A stretch of 60,025 nt of DNA from Tissierellia bacterium (lineage in GTDB: Bacteria; Bacillota; Clostridia; Tissierellales; Tepidimicrobiaceae). Positions 59,904-60,025 of this stretch are shown here, one piece after another; position 1 is the stretch's first letter; each line of letters begins with the position of its first letter. The translations under genes were made by a program, and so were the position numbers. The notes under the pieces are model-generated. The model saw only the letters and a list, made by a program, of their open reading frames with translations. It had not been told where the DNA came from and made no database searches. The stretch covers positions 1 through 60,025 of the forward strand of contig JAAYRD010000168.1 of assembly GCA_012518955.1 (NCBI GenBank), written 5' to 3'.

Positions 59904-60025
59904 TCAATAGTCAGTGAAAATGTCACCTAAAAGCATAAAGTTTTATTCAATGAAAATGTCACTATCAGAATTTAAAATAGAATAACCGCATTTATTCCAC
60001 GGTTCTATTGACATGGGGCCCCTGA
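59902..60025. mobile_element. probable terminal segment of a DDE-type transposable element (TG terminus plus repeated subterminal sites), running off the window
   Basis: It starts TGTCAATAG exactly where fliL homology ends. Two 15-mers, CAGTGAAAATGTCAC (59912-59926) and CAATGAAAATGTCAC (59948-59962), lie 36 nt apart. This segment has no coding continuity with fliL. Confidence 0.4.

Noticed and set aside
59902-60013. A 9-bp inverted repeat (TGTCAATAG at 59902-59910 and CTATTGACA at 60005-60013) that could define a 112-bp MITE inserted in fliL.
   Set aside because: Nine bp is short and no target-site duplication is visible. Precise excision would give GPQVKITIE, which lacks the hydrophobic strand expected before this FliL segment. 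Only 12 nt remain after the repeat to test continuity. I kept the broader call of a transposon end running off the window.
60014-60025. A G/C-rich palindrome, GGGGCCCC, at the very end of an otherwise A/T-rich window.
   Set aside because: There is too little sequence to interpret. It may belong to the inserted element or be an assembly-end effect.
1-60025. A check for CRISPR arrays, tRNA or rRNA genes, prophage or integrase cassettes, toxin-antitoxin pairs and restriction-modification genes.
   Set aside because: I saw no regularly spaced direct repeats, no cloverleaf-capable segments in the intergenic spacers, and no such protein families among the ORFs. The only accessory-like content is the 6873-10227 block and the element end at 59902.

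Overview
Low-GC, spore-forming, flagellated Firmicute (Clostridia-like) core chromosome. All recognisable genes but one lie on the minus strand, tightly packed and often translationally coupled. Read right to left, the order matches the Bacillus subtilis fla/che-to-spoVS region: a truncated fliL, then fliM-fliY-cheY-fliOPQR-flhBAFG-PilZ-cheBAWCD-sigD and three uncharacterised genes; rpsB-tsf-pyrH-frr-uppS-cdsA-rseP-ispG-polC; rimP-nusA-ylxR-infB-rbfA-nrnA-truB-ribF-rpsO-pnp; deacetylase-dut-ymxH-dapG-tepA-ftsK-rimO-pgsA-cinA-recA; a four-gene insertion; rny-spoVS; PHP-PadR-aminotransferase; a 687-bp non-coding gap; a Xer-like recombinase; and a convergent LysM gene. No tRNA, rRNA or CRISPR array was seen. 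The main candidate for a new system is the four-gene block at 6873-10227, between recA and rny. It encodes an Mre11/SbcD-like phosphoesterase plus a Rad50/SbcC-like ATPase split across three ORFs: a Walker A head with coiled coil and CPIC zinc hook, an 82-aa coiled-coil protein, and a C-terminal head with Walker B. Only a hairpin separates it from recA, which has a LexA box, so it may be SOS-expressed. Other points: two LexA boxes in the promoter of a YneA-like LysM gene; a perfect 28-bp (11-6-11) palindrome just upstream of the recombinase gene; a possible structured RNA in the long gap; rny with no canonical start codon (probable ATT) and a hairpin in its leader; an in-frame TAA in sigD; and fliL cut off by what looks like a transposon end at the window edge. 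All calls come from reading the sequence and ORF translations; no database search was run.
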